IMG/VR virus record: IMGVR_UViG_3300028552_000008
Origin: an uncultured virus (IMG/VR IMGVR_UViG_3300028552_000008)
Lineage: Duplodnaviria > Heunggongvirae > Uroviricota > Caudoviricetes
Strand: one strand, 5' to 3'
Length of the DNA: 64,000 nt
The notes beneath the pieces are model-generated. The model did not search any database, was not told the origin of the DNA, and worked only from the letters and a program-made list of their open reading frames with translations. The position numbers were made by a program, and so were the translations under genes. Positions 1 through 9,921 of this stretch are shown here, in pieces; the stretch's first letter is position 1, and each line of letters begins with the position of its first letter.

Positions 1-822
1 AGGGCTGAACTTACCAAACTTTGTGGTGAAAAGTATATTAATGAGGTAGGTGTCAGAATTGTTAAAGCTGCTCAGATATTTGATATCTATGATGACATTG
101 CTAATTATAATGGTGGTCTGGATGTTAAACAAGCTGCTGATTATACTGAACAGTCCATAGTATCTATTGAGATTGGTGGAAATGAATATGATTTGTTTCC
201 TTATAAGACTGCTGAAGATCTTAAATTTCAAGCATCAGAATTTGTTAAGAATCTAAACAATTACCCATTTAATTGGCGTACTAAAATAGCTTCAGCTTTC
301 GTTGAGAAGGCTGTGGAACAGAATATCGAGGATTTACCTGATTTGATTTGTAAGTATGCCGGTCTATTCTATCCAGATACCAGGGAATTTTCTGATACCC
401 TAGCTGGAAGAATGCATAGGTTGAGTGAAGAGTATCAAACTAAGTATCAACCTATTATAGAGAAGGCAGCTAATATCTCTTCCAAGACTGAGGCCTTTGA
501 ACTTTGTAGTGAAGCTTATAATATAGAAAAATTAGCTGGAGTATATGAAAAACCACTATTATATAGGGAGATGGGAGACTTAGTTGATCGAACCATGACA
601 CTAGATTTGACCAAAATTGCTGATATGCTGAATGTAGTCAAAATTGGTGGTAGTTGTTATCATATAAATGATTTGCAGAAAGTATCCAAAGATATATATG
701 ACAAGGCTTTTGATTGTGGATTAGACCCAAAGAATGCCAATGAATTAATGGATGTCTTGCCTACTGTCCCTCGTTCAGATTTTGAGCTGTTTAAAGAACT
801 ATCCGGCATAACCGCACTTTAA
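1..822 (+). CDS. hypothetical phage protein, 5'-truncated by the window edge
   Basis: Frame of ORF 193..822 is open back to position 1. Confidence 0.7.
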   Translation, partial: RAELTKLCGEKYINEVGVRIVKAAQIFDIYDDIANYNGGLDVKQAADYTEQSIVSIEIGGNEYDLFPYKTAEDLKFQASEFVKNLNNYPFNWRTKIASAFVEKAVEQNIEDLPDLICKYAGLFYPDTREFSDTLAGRMHRLSEEYQTKYQPIIEKAANISSKTEAFELCSEAYNIEKLAGVYEKPLLYREMGDLVDRTMTLDLTKIADMLNVVKIGGSCYHINDLQKVSKDIYDKAFDCGLDPKNANELMDVLPTVPRSDFELFKELSGITAL

Positions 823-823
823 A

Positions 824-1399
824 ATGTTTGACGCTTCTATCTTAGTCTTAAAAGATAGTTCTAGTCCTGCTTCAGTACTATTAGCTGCAATATTCGATCA
901 TTACGGTACTGAATGCTTTGATTGGAACCCTGATATTCTAGTTACTGAGATTAGAGATGATTTTAATATTACTCTATCTCCTATTCAATCAGATAAGTTA
1001 CAGGCAGCTATTATAGTGATGTCAACCAATCAATTTGAAAATGATTGGCATGTTTTTAATAGTTGTGTTCATGGGTTAAACGGTGAACCTTTTGACTATG
1101 ATGTTTTCTCTCCTATTGATCCTGAGCAGATTATAGCAGCTTTGCCTGAGATTCAAACTATCAGAACTGGATTTATGGGAGATGAAGTTATTTTCTCAGA
1201 TGAAGTAAATGCTTATGCTGGTATTATTTTTTCTGAATATGGTTTAATTTCAGCTCCTAACGAATTTCCTTCCGCAATAATGCCTGATATAACTACTGAG
1301 CATTATTTAGACAGCCAGTCAGAAAAACAAGCTGCATTGGCTGAAATCTATACTAACAAAAAACAAAAAATCGAAGAATACTTATCTAAGTTCAAATAA
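824..1399 (+). CDS. hypothetical phage protein (191 aa)
   Basis: ATG ORF directly after the upstream stop; no recognised motif. Confidence 0.7.
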   Translation: MFDASILVLKDSSSPASVLLAAIFDHYGTECFDWNPDILVTEIRDDFNITLSPIQSDKLQAAIIVMSTNQFENDWHVFNSCVHGLNGEPFDYDVFSPIDPEQIIAALPEIQTIRTGFMGDEVIFSDEVNAYAGIIFSEYGLISAPNEFPSAIMPDITTEHYLDSQSEKQAALAEIYTNKKQKIEEYLSKFK

Positions 1400-1408
1400 C
1401 ATTCTAAT

Positions 1409-1484
1409 GTGCTTGTGGCAGATTGGAATGCACAAACCAGTTTAAATACTGTTTTGGACAAAGATTCGAATTCTTTCAAGCACA
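1409..1484 (+). ncRNA. tRNA-like element with atypical anticodon arm
   Basis: Acceptor stem GTGCTTG/CAAGCAC, D arm GCA..TGC, T arm AAAGA-TTCGAAT-TCTTT; anticodon arm extended with a non-7-nt loop. Confidence 0.55.
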
Positions 1485-1490
1485 ACAAAT

Positions 1491-1709
1491 ATGAGTAATC
1501 ATCTACCTGAAAAACTTAATTTATGGGACAGACTCTTCAATCGTTATAAGAAAACTATTCATGCTAGGGGTAGTGAGCAGTGGTTTAAAAGTTGTGGCTA
1601 TACAGGACTCAGAATTCCCGGTTCAGAGTTTCAACGTAACTATGTTGAGTATTTAATTATTGATAGACTTACTGGGTCTGAAAAAATTGAGAAGATATAT
1701 CTAAAATAA
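1491..1709 (+). CDS. hypothetical protein
   Basis: ORF in a tightly packed plus-strand run. Confidence 0.6.
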   Translation: MSNHLPEKLNLWDRLFNRYKKTIHARGSEQWFKSCGYTGLRIPGSEFQRNYVEYLIIDRLTGSEKIEKIYLK

Positions 1710-1713
1710 GAAT

Positions 1714-1917
1714 ATGAAAACAAAGAAACCAAAGAAGATTAATTCTGATACTGAAAAGGTTGTACTAGATGAACATTGGAAGAAGTATGCTAAAGATAAA
1801 GATCCTTGTAACATCATCCCTGCTCAATTATTTACAGATGCTTATTATATTGGATTTATGAGAGGTAGAGAGGTTGAAAAAGGTTTAACTGATGGAATTA
1901 TGATTGAAGGAGGCTAA
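1714..1917 (+). CDS. hypothetical protein, paralog of 2432..2617
   Basis: Shares KTKKxKKI start and GRxxEKGxxDGxMIE end with 2432..2617. Confidence 0.65.
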   Translation: MKTKKPKKINSDTEKVVLDEHWKKYAKDKDPCNIIPAQLFTDAYYIGFMRGREVEKGLTDGIMIEGG

Positions 1918-1919
1918 AT

Positions 1920-2426
1920 ATGAATGTTTTAATTAATCATTGCTGGTGTTTTGATTCTATTTGGGGAGGTGTATATGACTGTCAAGTGATTGTTAGTATG
2001 GAAAAGTATGCTTGTAGAGAAGACATATATGCTGGTAAGAATACAACTGATTGGAATACTATATTAGATAAATTTCAGATTGAAGTAGATGAATTTGGAC
2101 GAAAGAGAATGGAAGACGTTTATTGTCTCAAACCAGAAGTAGTTCAATGGTTAGATGCGAATGTCAAAGACAAAAATTGCAAAATGGAAGGACGTACCGA
2201 GTTATCCCTTTCTAAAGGATGGGGAGTAGGCACAGACCAATACAATGTGAAAGATCAGATTTCCTTTTCTCTCTTTTTTGAGCGTCCAAAGGATGCACTT
2301 GCCTTTATCAAACAGTGGAGTGAATACAAAAATCCAGTGGATTATCTCAATTATTTCCAAGATATTAGGCGTAAACTTAATCCCAAAACTGGTAGGTTAC
2401 AACGAATTCCTAGATGGAATAACTAA
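1920..2426 (+). CDS. hypothetical protein
   Basis: 168-aa ORF, packed. Confidence 0.65.
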   Translation: MNVLINHCWCFDSIWGGVYDCQVIVSMEKYACREDIYAGKNTTDWNTILDKFQIEVDEFGRKRMEDVYCLKPEVVQWLDANVKDKNCKMEGRTELSLSKGWGVGTDQYNVKDQISFSLFFERPKDALAFIKQWSEYKNPVDYLNYFQDIRRKLNPKTGRLQRIPRWNN

Positions 2427-2431
2427 ACAAT

Positions 2432-2617
2432 ATGAGTACTAAAACAAAGAAACTAAAGAAGATCAGTTTTGAAACTGAACACAAAGAACTAAAAAGACAA
2501 TGGGATAACCTTAAGATTGAAATAGACTTCCTTTCTTTTTCTCTTGGTTATGAGTTAGGGATTGAGAGAGGTAGAAATATCGAAAAAGGTATTAGAGATG
2601 GAACTATGATTGAATGA
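2432..2617 (+). CDS. hypothetical protein, paralog of 1714..1917
   Basis: Shared N- and C-terminal motifs. Confidence 0.65.
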   Translation: MSTKTKKLKKISFETEHKELKRQWDNLKIEIDFLSFSLGYELGIERGRNIEKGIRDGTMIE

Positions 2618-2620
2618 TAA

Positions 2621-2839
2621 ATGAAGAAACTCACTCCAGCTCAGTTTAAAGAGTATATTTCAAATCCTCTAGTTAATGATAGTAAAGTTCGTAGTTATTG
2701 TGATATTCCTGAAGATAAGTATTTTACTGTAAGTATCTGGCCTGAAGAAGGAATAGTAAATGAAACAAGAGGGCTTCATAGAGTAGTAAAGACTCCTAAA
2801 ATCTCAAAGTCTAATCAATCAAAAACTACAACCATTTAG
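2621..2839 (+). CDS. hypothetical protein
   Basis: 72-aa ORF converging on the terminase gene. Confidence 0.55.
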   Translation: MKKLTPAQFKEYISNPLVNDSKVRSYCDIPEDKYFTVSIWPEEGIVNETRGLHRVVKTPKISKSNQSKTTTI

Positions 2840-4512
2840 ATATTGTGAGTAGTAAAGAAGCTATTACCATTCCAGAGATGAGCAGCACAAGCACACCAAG
2901 TAATACAATGAAATGCATCATCAGGGTCACGGTGTCTGTAAAATATCTTGCTTCTAAGGTTATCTTCTTTAACTTCAGTAAATATAGAAAGAATATCCTG
3001 GCAAGCCTCACTACTATCCTCCCAGCAAGGTAATAGTATCTTGGATTTCTTTATTAGTTCAAAGGTGAAACTCATTACTTCACTTCGATTAAGACACCAT
3101 CTAGTCTGGCTCCAATCCAAAGCATCAGGTGGAAAGTCTGTATATTGAGTTAAATTCATTTCACGGTAACTTACTAATTGTGTCATTGAGCTATTATATA
3201 AGTTACCCAGCATTTTTCCTCTAATCGGGTCAGGTCCGGAATCAGTGAAGAGAGTTGGCTGATATACCCTACAAATGTCAGCAATCTCTCTTATCTGGAG
3301 TTCATAGTCGGTATTCTTAAAAATCCTGATATAGAACACTTCTAGATAACCATCATGTCTTAAACCCATTAATGTAAACACAGTTCTGGAGCTTTCAGGA
3401 TTCACTCCCCAATCAACACCACCAACTATATACTGGTATCTAGTTGCATTACGCTGATAGATGGTATTCATTGGACCTAGCACACATAATGATTTTAAGT
3501 GTTCCTCAGTAATAGGTTTACTACCAATATCATAAGCCAGACCAAATACTTCGTTGTAAACTTGTAGAACACTATAGTTACTATCTATATTATGAACCTT
3601 ATTATATATTTCCTTCCAATCCTTTTCTCTTTGATTGTAATATGGTAGGATAGGTTGAGCTAGATGAAATCCATATAATTCATGTTCCCCTGGGTTAAAG
3701 TCAATCCACTGACCTATATTAGTATTTAGAAGCTTGCTGCACTTACTGCAACTCAACCCTTGTTTAAGAATCATTTTTAGAGGCTCATTAGCTTCTGTAA
3801 GTGAATTCCAGTGATTGCAGCCTTCACATTTAGTCATCCATTCCATTTGATGCCCCTTCTTCCAGATAGTATTAATAGTATTATCTGTAGTAAGAGGAGT
3901 ACCAGCATATGTTTCTCGTTTAATTGGACTAATAGCCATGGTTTCATTTACAACTGGTATAATATCCAGATTCATCCCCTGGCACTCGTCGAAGATGTTG
4001 GAATCCGTAGCGGGACCTCTAGTACGTGATGCATCCTCACTAGCATAAGTTAGTATGATATTACTATTACTATCAGCTACTTCCTTAACATAGACATCAT
4101 TTTTAGATAGTTTGCTGATGATCTTTTGTAGTGGTGGGCTGGCAAATCTGGCAGTTAAATAATCATGTGAAAATCTTTTTGTAGCCTGTTCGTTAGGTGC
4201 AACATACATCATTCGATAGTAATTATATCGAACTAAATTCAAAGCTATCATATTACTGACTAACGTTGATTTTAACGTCTTTCTTGAACACTTTAATAAT
4301 AACTTTCTTGGTAGTCCGTCATAGATAGACCGCATCATTGGGAATTTATCCAACTTTTGTGGCTGTCCTTCGTTGTTATATAGATAAAGTTCTACGAGCT
4401 TGGATAGAGGACTATTCAAGAATAGCAGCTGTCTTGCTAGAAATCGTGACTTTTGATCCGTCTGTTTAAACAACGCTGCCGCTTGCTGATATATATTATG
4501 GATAGAAAGCAT
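2836..4512 (-). CDS. terL: terminase large subunit (gpA-like)
   Basis: Walker A-like LLKCSRKTLKST, Walker B IFDECQ, GTP coupling motif, CxxC pairs, RNase H-like GVDWG and C-terminal DDAFH. Confidence 0.85.
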   Translation of the reverse strand: MLSIHNIYQQAAALFKQTDQKSRFLARQLLFLNSPLSKLVELYLYNNEGQPQKLDKFPMMRSIYDGLPRKLLLKCSRKTLKSTLVSNMIALNLVRYNYYRMMYVAPNEQATKRFSHDYLTARFASPPLQKIISKLSKNDVYVKEVADSNSNIILTYASEDASRTRGPATDSNIFDECQGMNLDIIPVVNETMAISPIKRETYAGTPLTTDNTINTIWKKGHQMEWMTKCEGCNHWNSLTEANEPLKMILKQGLSCSKCSKLLNTNIGQWIDFNPGEHELYGFHLAQPILPYYNQREKDWKEIYNKVHNIDSNYSVLQVYNEVFGLAYDIGSKPITEEHLKSLCVLGPMNTIYQRNATRYQYIVGGVDWGVNPESSRTVFTLMGLRHDGYLEVFYIRIFKNTDYELQIREIADICRVYQPTLFTDSGPDPIRGKMLGNLYNSSMTQLVSYREMNLTQYTDFPPDALDWSQTRWCLNRSEVMSFTFELIKKSKILLPCWEDSSEACQDILSIFTEVKEDNLRSKIFYRHRDPDDAFHCITWCACAAHLWNGNSFFTTHNI

Positions 4513-4626
4513 AAGGTTAATGAAGTAGATAGTTTAGATCTAGGTCTTTCTATTTGTTTTCATTTTCTTAAACTATGCTTAATTGAAATCCTGTCACTTT
4601 TAAACATCTTACTCAAATAACAACTA

Positions 4627-4655
4627 ATCTTAACTAGCTTTACATCTTATGTCAA
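4627..4655 (-). promoter_or_regulatory. sigma70-type promoter facing the terminase gene
   Basis: Minus strand reads TTGACA-17 nt-TAAGAT about 115 nt upstream of terL. Confidence 0.55.
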
Positions 4656-4763
4656 GATCTGCTAAAAAATACAATTCTCGATCCAAACCCAAAAAACATT
4701 CTAAAATTAAAGGAGTGTACGAAACTAATACTGCACCTATACTAAACTCTGCCGCTAAATCGA

Positions 4764-5129
4764 ATGTCAAAAAATCTGATAAATGAAGGAGATACCGTTG
4801 TTTTTGCTCAACGGTATCTCGCTGATGATATATTCTCTACTCTATACGGTAAACAAGGCAAGGTTTTATCTGTAAAAGAAGAATATGCTGTAATAAACTT
4901 CAATGATGCTGCTGTAGAAGTTTATCTTGAAGATTTGGAAAAGCTTAATACTTCCTCAACCCCAGAATTGGAGAATGAGGAGATTGAAATAGATAGAGTC
5001 GATTTGTTAGAAAACCATGATTGCAGTGGATTACAACCAGCACAATTAATAGCTCATAAACTTTTGGCCCAGGAAACCGATCCTGGACTGAATAACGAAA
5101 TAACACAACTACTAAACATAAACCAGTAA
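4764..5129 (+). CDS. hypothetical protein with KOW/SH3-like N-terminus
   Basis: EGDTVVF...GKQGKVLSV pattern. Confidence 0.6.
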   Translation: MSKNLINEGDTVVFAQRYLADDIFSTLYGKQGKVLSVKEEYAVINFNDAAVEVYLEDLEKLNTSSTPELENEEIEIDRVDLLENHDCSGLQPAQLIAHKLLAQETDPGLNNEITQLLNINQ

Positions 5130-5130
5130 A

Positions 5131-6039
5131 ATGCAAAAGATATCGTTTGAAGATAAATTTAAGAACTATCTTCGTGCTAGTTATCCCATCCTTTGGATCA
5201 GGACTCACGAAGAAAGCAGAGTAACCAGAAGTATCATTAATGCGGTTGCTGATGCTAAACAAATAACCATATATAGTTGGGATTGTAAGAGATTGTTGGA
5301 GAAATATGTTAAAAATGCTGACAAGTCTGTTATTAACAACTTTGAATCCGTTAAAGGTGGTGTTGGCACAAGTACAGGACCTAATGCAGGACCCAAGGAT
5401 TATGGCCTGACTAATGCAATTGAGAGCATTAAAGCGTTGCCTAATGGAACTGGACGGAATATTATCATTATGAAGGATTTCCATCCTTATATTGAAGCTC
5501 CTGGGCAAGTCCGGCCTATTCGTAATGCCATTGATGATTTGAAGTGTAAGGGAAATATGTTGGTGTTTATATCTCCTATCATTAAGATTCCTGTAGAGTT
5601 GGAGAAGGAGATTCAAATTCTGGATTTCCACCTCCCTGATGAAAAGCAATTAGAGGGTATTTTAATGTCCGTAGTAGCCATCTTTAATAAAAAGAATGAG
5701 GAGAAGGGTGAGCCGGAAAAGAAGATTGATCCTGACATTAAGCAAGCTACTATTGAAGCTCTGAAAGGACTTACATTTAGTGAAGCTCATGATGCAGTAA
5801 GTTTGGCTATTATTGAGAATCATGAATTTAATGCTTCTTTCGTCCTTAGTGTATTTAACGAGAAGGTTAAACAAGTCAAGCGTGGTGGTCAGTTACAATA
5901 TCAACAATCTGATATTACTTATGAGCATATTGGTGGTTTGGATGGCTTGAAGAAATGGACAGAAGTGAGATCTAAAGCTTATAGTCAGAAAGCTAGAGAT
6001 TATCATTTGCCGTACCCTAAGGGAGTTCTACTGGCTGGT
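5131..6039 (+). CDS. Ycf46-like AAA+ ATPase, exon 1
   Basis: YLRASYPILWIRTHEESR start, IGGLDGLKKW, PKGVLLAG ending just before the Walker A core. Confidence 0.85.
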
Positions 6040-6345
6040 GAATTAAATTGACGAATACCTTTGGTTATGGTAAATAATATATTCGTTAGTTTTTATGCCG
6101 GTCGCTCTAGTAATGGAGCGAAGCTTACAGCGGAAAAAATCGGGGACCCTATTAAAAATGAGGGAATCCGACCTGAAGGTTCTATAGATTATTCTATTTA
6201 ACCAGGGGCAGAGCATAGTGGATGTAATAAGCCACCAAGAGACCGCTGCAACCTAGAAATAGGTTGAATATATATGCCGAACTATGTGCGTAAGATACTA
6301 AGCCATAGAAGTAGAGGATAAAAAGCCTTTACGATAACAAAATTG
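6040..6345 (+). mobile_element. group I self-splicing intron (306 nt, no ORF) in AAA+ ATPase Walker A
   Basis: Removal restores GVLLAG|IPGTGKT in frame; exon 1 ends in U and the intron ends in G; P1 GGCUGGU/GCCGGUC (6097-6103), P3 CAGCGG/CCGCUG, P7 GAGCAUA/UAUGCC. Confidence 0.85.
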
Positions 6346-7113
6346 ATACCAGGAACAGGGAAAACAGCAATTGCCAAAGCCACTGCAAATCAGTTTGGCT
6401 TTCCGTTGTTTCAGTTAGATATAGGAAGTTTATTTGGTAAGTATGTGGGTGAAAGTGAGGAAAACTTCCGTAGAGTAATTGAAACAGTTGATAGTATTGG
6501 ACGGTGTGTGTTGTTCATCGACGAAATTGAAAAAGGTCTGAATCGTAATGCAGTATCTGGTGCTGGTGACTCAGGTACATCTTCTCGTACGTTTGCTACA
6601 CTATTAAGTTGGTTGAGTGATCACAAATCTCCCGTATTTGTTATAGCCACCACTAATGATCATACTAAACTCCCACCCGAGTTTATTCGTAAAGGCAGGT
6701 TTGATGATGTATTCTGGGTCGACTTGCCTACACTAGCTGAGAGAATATCGATCTTTGATGTGTTAATTAAGCGGTATTTTCGAGAGCCAGCCAAGTATAA
6801 CCTGGCTAAACTTGCTGAGAAGACTGAAGGTTTTACTGGTGCTGAAATTGAAGAAGTTATCAAAGGTGCCATGTTTAACCGGTTTGATAAAGATGGTAAG
6901 GAATTCACTAACACTGACTTGCTGGATGAGATTAACAGTACTCAACCAATCAGCGTTACGTCCAAAGTTGATATTGATGCTATGCGGGAGAAGGCGGTGG
7001 GCAAGCTCAGAGTTGCTAGCGTTAGTGGTTCAGTGAAAATGTTTACCATGGATGAAACTAAGCGAAGAACTGAAGGTAACGGTGAAGACAGAGCGTTAGA
7101 TCCGTTTAACTAA
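6346..7113 (+). CDS. Ycf46-like AAA+ ATPase, exon 2 (spliced product about 558 aa)
   Basis: IPGTGKT Walker A, LFIDEIEK Walker B, FIRKGRFD second region of homology, GFTGAEIE lid. Confidence 0.88.
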   Translation: MPGTGKTAIAKATANQFGFPLFQLDIGSLFGKYVGESEENFRRVIETVDSIGRCVLFIDEIEKGLNRNAVSGAGDSGTSSRTFATLLSWLSDHKSPVFVIATTNDHTKLPPEFIRKGRFDDVFWVDLPTLAERISIFDVLIKRYFREPAKYNLAKLAEKTEGFTGAEIEEVIKGAMFNRFDKDGKEFTNTDLLDEINSTQPISVTSKVDIDAMREKAVGKLRVASVSGSVKMFTMDETKRRTEGNGEDRALDPFN

Positions 7114-7119
7114 AAATAT

Positions 7120-7148
7120 GGGGAAGCTAGCATTAAACTAGCTTCCCC
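7120..7148 (+). terminator. stem-loop after the AAA+ gene
   Basis: GGGGAAGCTAG / CTAGCTTCCCC inverted repeat. Confidence 0.55.
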
Positions 7149-7157
7149 TATCTATTT

Positions 7158-7568
7158 ATGGGAATGTTCGATCAAATAAAATGCAAATATCCATTACCAG
7201 TCACTGAGTTTCAAAATACTACATTTCAAACCAAAGATACTCCTGCCCAAGCTTGTGATTTATACGAGATTAGGGAGGACGGCACACTTTGGTATGAGAA
7301 TTATGATCAAGAAGATCAGAGTGAACGAGGTATATGGATTAAAAATCATCCTGACCAAGAACCTCCAGAAGAATTAAAGGGGTTGCGAGGATTCATAGGT
7401 TGTGGTGCCAAGGTTAATAGACGGTGGGAACAAGTTATTTTTACCGGAGAGATTTGTTTTTATGAAGCTCTTGGAAAAGATTATACTGGTTGGATAGAGT
7501 TTTCCGCCTACTTCGAAAACGGAAAAGTGGTAAGACTTAATCTTATAGCACATAAAAAACCTGATTAA
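7158..7568 (+). CDS. conserved hypothetical phage protein (MGMFD...FQTKD type)
   Basis: MGMFDQIKC, FQTKD, YEIREDGTL, WIEFSAYF motifs, a pattern I associate with phage proteins. Confidence 0.7.
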   Translation: MGMFDQIKCKYPLPVTEFQNTTFQTKDTPAQACDLYEIREDGTLWYENYDQEDQSERGIWIKNHPDQEPPEELKGLRGFIGCGAKVNRRWEQVIFTGEICFYEALGKDYTGWIEFSAYFENGKVVRLNLIAHKKPD

Positions 7569-7570
7569 TT

Positions 7571-8557
7571 ATGAAGAATGTAGCATTGCCTGATTTGGAG
7601 AAACGGACTAGAAACTTATTTCAATCAGGAAAATTAGTACAAGTACATGTCAGTAAATGGAGTATGATGGTAGGAGCAGATACCAAGGATTTAGGAATCG
7701 AGGAAAAAGATAGTAAAATCCCGGCATTTGTGACTATTGGAAAGAAAGCACTTTTTACTGATGAAGTTAGGTTGGTTTTTTCAAGAATAGAATCGGCAGC
7801 CAGGGCATACTTGATCCACAATTCACATCAATATCCAATAGCTGATGCTCATTTTGTCCCCACCAAGCTGTTAGAGAAGGTTAGTATAGAATTGGATAAG
7901 TACCGAGCCGAGTTTTTCAAGCAAGTTGATAATCTTATTACTAATTACGAAGTATACAAACAACAAATGCTGGACAAGTACCCGGATTATGAAGATAATC
8001 TGTTACCTTGTTATCTACCTATAAGTGAAGTTAGAAGCAGGTATAATTTTAGCATAAGTTTGTATGAAGTAGCATTTCCGAAGAAGATGGATAAGGTGAC
8101 AAGGACGGAAATTATTGCTCAAAATTTAGCAGCTGAAAAGGCCTCAGCTAAATATGAGGCACTAATGAAAGAACAATATCAGCATCATTTAACGCAAATG
8201 GAATCCTTTCTTAAAGAGAGTACTTTGGCGTTGCGTGGTGAGATAGTAAAGACTTTCGAAGTGATGGCGCAAAAGATACAAAATAGAGAAGTTATTTCTG
8301 GTGCAAATTTAAAGACAATGAAGGCAGCTATTGATAGTTTTGATGCCTTGGATTTTCTTGATGACCAGAAAGTTAAACAAAATCTGGCTATTGTAAAGAA
8401 GTTGATTAGTTCTGGAGCTGATTTTAAATCAGACGCTGAGATTGTGCAAAGGCTTAATACAGCCATTAATACTACCCTTGAAACTGCAAAATCCATTAGT
8501 GATATTGACACCTTGACCGGTGAGTATACTAGAAGATTGGATTTTGATGAACTATGA
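7571..8557 (+). CDS. DUF3150-like protein
   Basis: Context next to AAA+/DUF1257/DUF2997-like genes; GKKAL, AHFVP and helical C-terminus; ends RRLDFDEL. Confidence 0.6.
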   Translation: MKNVALPDLEKRTRNLFQSGKLVQVHVSKWSMMVGADTKDLGIEEKDSKIPAFVTIGKKALFTDEVRLVFSRIESAARAYLIHNSHQYPIADAHFVPTKLLEKVSIELDKYRAEFFKQVDNLITNYEVYKQQMLDKYPDYEDNLLPCYLPISEVRSRYNFSISLYEVAFPKKMDKVTRTEIIAQNLAAEKASAKYEALMKEQYQHHLTQMESFLKESTLALRGEIVKTFEVMAQKIQNREVISGANLKTMKAAIDSFDALDFLDDQKVKQNLAIVKKLISSGADFKSDAEIVQRLNTAINTTLETAKSISDIDTLTGEYTRRLDFDEL

Positions 8558-8560
8558 ATT

Positions 8561-8923
8561 ATGGTAATATTTGAAGGAATGCCATACCCGTTAGATATGG
8601 TATATATTAAGTTGGCAGGTAAGACAGAAATTGTCAGTATTCCACTTTTTGAAGCAGTGGCAATTCTAAATAATGCTTCTTTTGATTATAACGGTAGTAA
8701 GGCAAAATCAATAGAAAAAGGAGTTGAAACTTATGTCTTTAAAGGTGATACTAGTAAGGAAAAGAACAAGGTATTCGTAGTGCCTAAAGAAAAGCTTAGA
8801 ATAACGTTAGAAGCAGATATTTACGATAACAACAAAGCAGATAGAATAACAGATTTAGCTATACAACCAATGGATGAGTTGTTGGTTAATGAAGTAAAAA
8901 AATTAATTGAAATTCAACAATAA
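8561..8923 (+). CDS. hypothetical protein
   Basis: 120-aa ORF in the operon. Confidence 0.6.
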   Translation: MVIFEGMPYPLDMVYIKLAGKTEIVSIPLFEAVAILNNASFDYNGSKAKSIEKGVETYVFKGDTSKEKNKVFVVPKEKLRITLEADIYDNNKADRITDLAIQPMDELLVNEVKKLIEIQQ

Positions 8924-8941
8924 ACAACACATAAATAACAT

Positions 8942-9334
8942 ATGTCACACACTGTAAAAATCAACACTCAATTCAAAACCGAATTCATGACCTCTTTTCA
9001 AAGAGCGCTTACACATTTCGGTTGGAAGATTGAAAACGACAGCAAAATCAACACTTATCCTAGTGACCCGGCTAGAAATGAGGTTTATCCAATGGTGGCC
9101 AAAAACCCCAATAATGGATATGATATCGGAATGAAGTTGAACGAGACTACCGGAGAAATCGAACTGTACGGTGATTTCTATGATGGTAGCATCTCCAAGA
9201 CTTTGGGTAGTAACTGTGAAGCATTGAAGCAGGAGTATGGTTGCTGTGTCATTGAAGACAAACTAGCTTATGAAGGCTATGTTGCGACCCGGCATGTCCA
9301 GGAAAATGGCATTGTCGATATTTACGCTGAATAA
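8942..9334 (+). CDS. DUF1257 / Ycf35-like protein
   Basis: MSHTVKINTQ start, YDIG, YGDFY, LKQEYG, EGY...ENG end. Confidence 0.75.
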   Translation: MSHTVKINTQFKTEFMTSFQRALTHFGWKIENDSKINTYPSDPARNEVYPMVAKNPNNGYDIGMKLNETTGEIELYGDFYDGSISKTLGSNCEALKQEYGCCVIEDKLAYEGYVATRHVQENGIVDIYAE

Positions 9335-9337
9335 GCT

Positions 9338-9718
9338 ATGGTGAATACTGCTACACAGAAGCAGGGGCAGCAAGGAGCATGGGGTAATACTCATGCTCCT
9401 TCCAAGCCTTTACACAAAAAATATGAAGTTGGCCTGTCTGATAAGTTAAAGAGCAGGGTTGCTAATTTAATTCTTAATTACTTCTTGTTTGAACAGCCAC
9501 CAGCACAAAGTATTAAACTGGTTGACAATTCTTTGCGTCAATTAGATGAAGTTAATAATGTCTGGGCTGCTAGTGTACAAACAATAGTATATTATAAGAA
9601 GATAGCTCCTAGAGTACATACTTCTAGAGTAAGATTCCGCATCCTGTGTGAAAAAGATATCACTAACATCGAAACATCAAAAATTAACATCCACAAAAAC
9701 CAAGTAATATTTATATGA
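9338..9718 (+). CDS. hypothetical protein
   Basis: 126-aa ORF in the operon. Confidence 0.55.
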   Translation: MVNTATQKQGQQGAWGNTHAPSKPLHKKYEVGLSDKLKSRVANLILNYFLFEQPPAQSIKLVDNSLRQLDEVNNVWAASVQTIVYYKKIAPRVHTSRVRFRILCEKDITNIETSKINIHKNQVIFI

Positions 9719-9921
9719 ACAAACCAAAAATTCACTTCCAAATTGCCAAAGACGGTAACGTTACTGTCATGGACGTTAAGGGAGCAGGCACTAGTTGTCT
9801 GGAAACTACTTCAGGTATCGAAAAGGCGTTGGGTATTGTAGACGAGAAGTCTCGGGCTACTAATGCCAGTGCTTATGAAGACCCTGAACAGATTAAACTC
9901 GAAAATACCATCACTGAATGA
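9715..9921 (+). CDS. DUF2997-like protein
   Basis: IxxDGxV...GxSCxxxTxxIEKALG pattern. Confidence 0.75.
   Translation: MNKPKIHFQIAKDGNVTVMDVKGAGTSCLETTSGIEKALGIVDEKSRATNASAYEDPEQIKLENTITE

Noticed and set aside
1714..1917. ORF ending in GG (…MIEGG) as a second ubiquitin-like protein
   Set aside because: It looks helical and basic, its paralog 2432..2617 lacks the GG, and it is far from the E1/JAB genes.
6051..6343. AAA+ ATPase as a pseudogene or two separate genes
   Set aside because: The gap has group I intron hallmarks and its removal restores Walker A exactly in frame.
2826..8511. Short ORFs antisense to or nested in terL, the AAA+ gene and the DUF3150-like gene (e.g. 4945..5649 -, 8185..8511 -)
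   Set aside because: They overlap well-supported genes and show no motifs.
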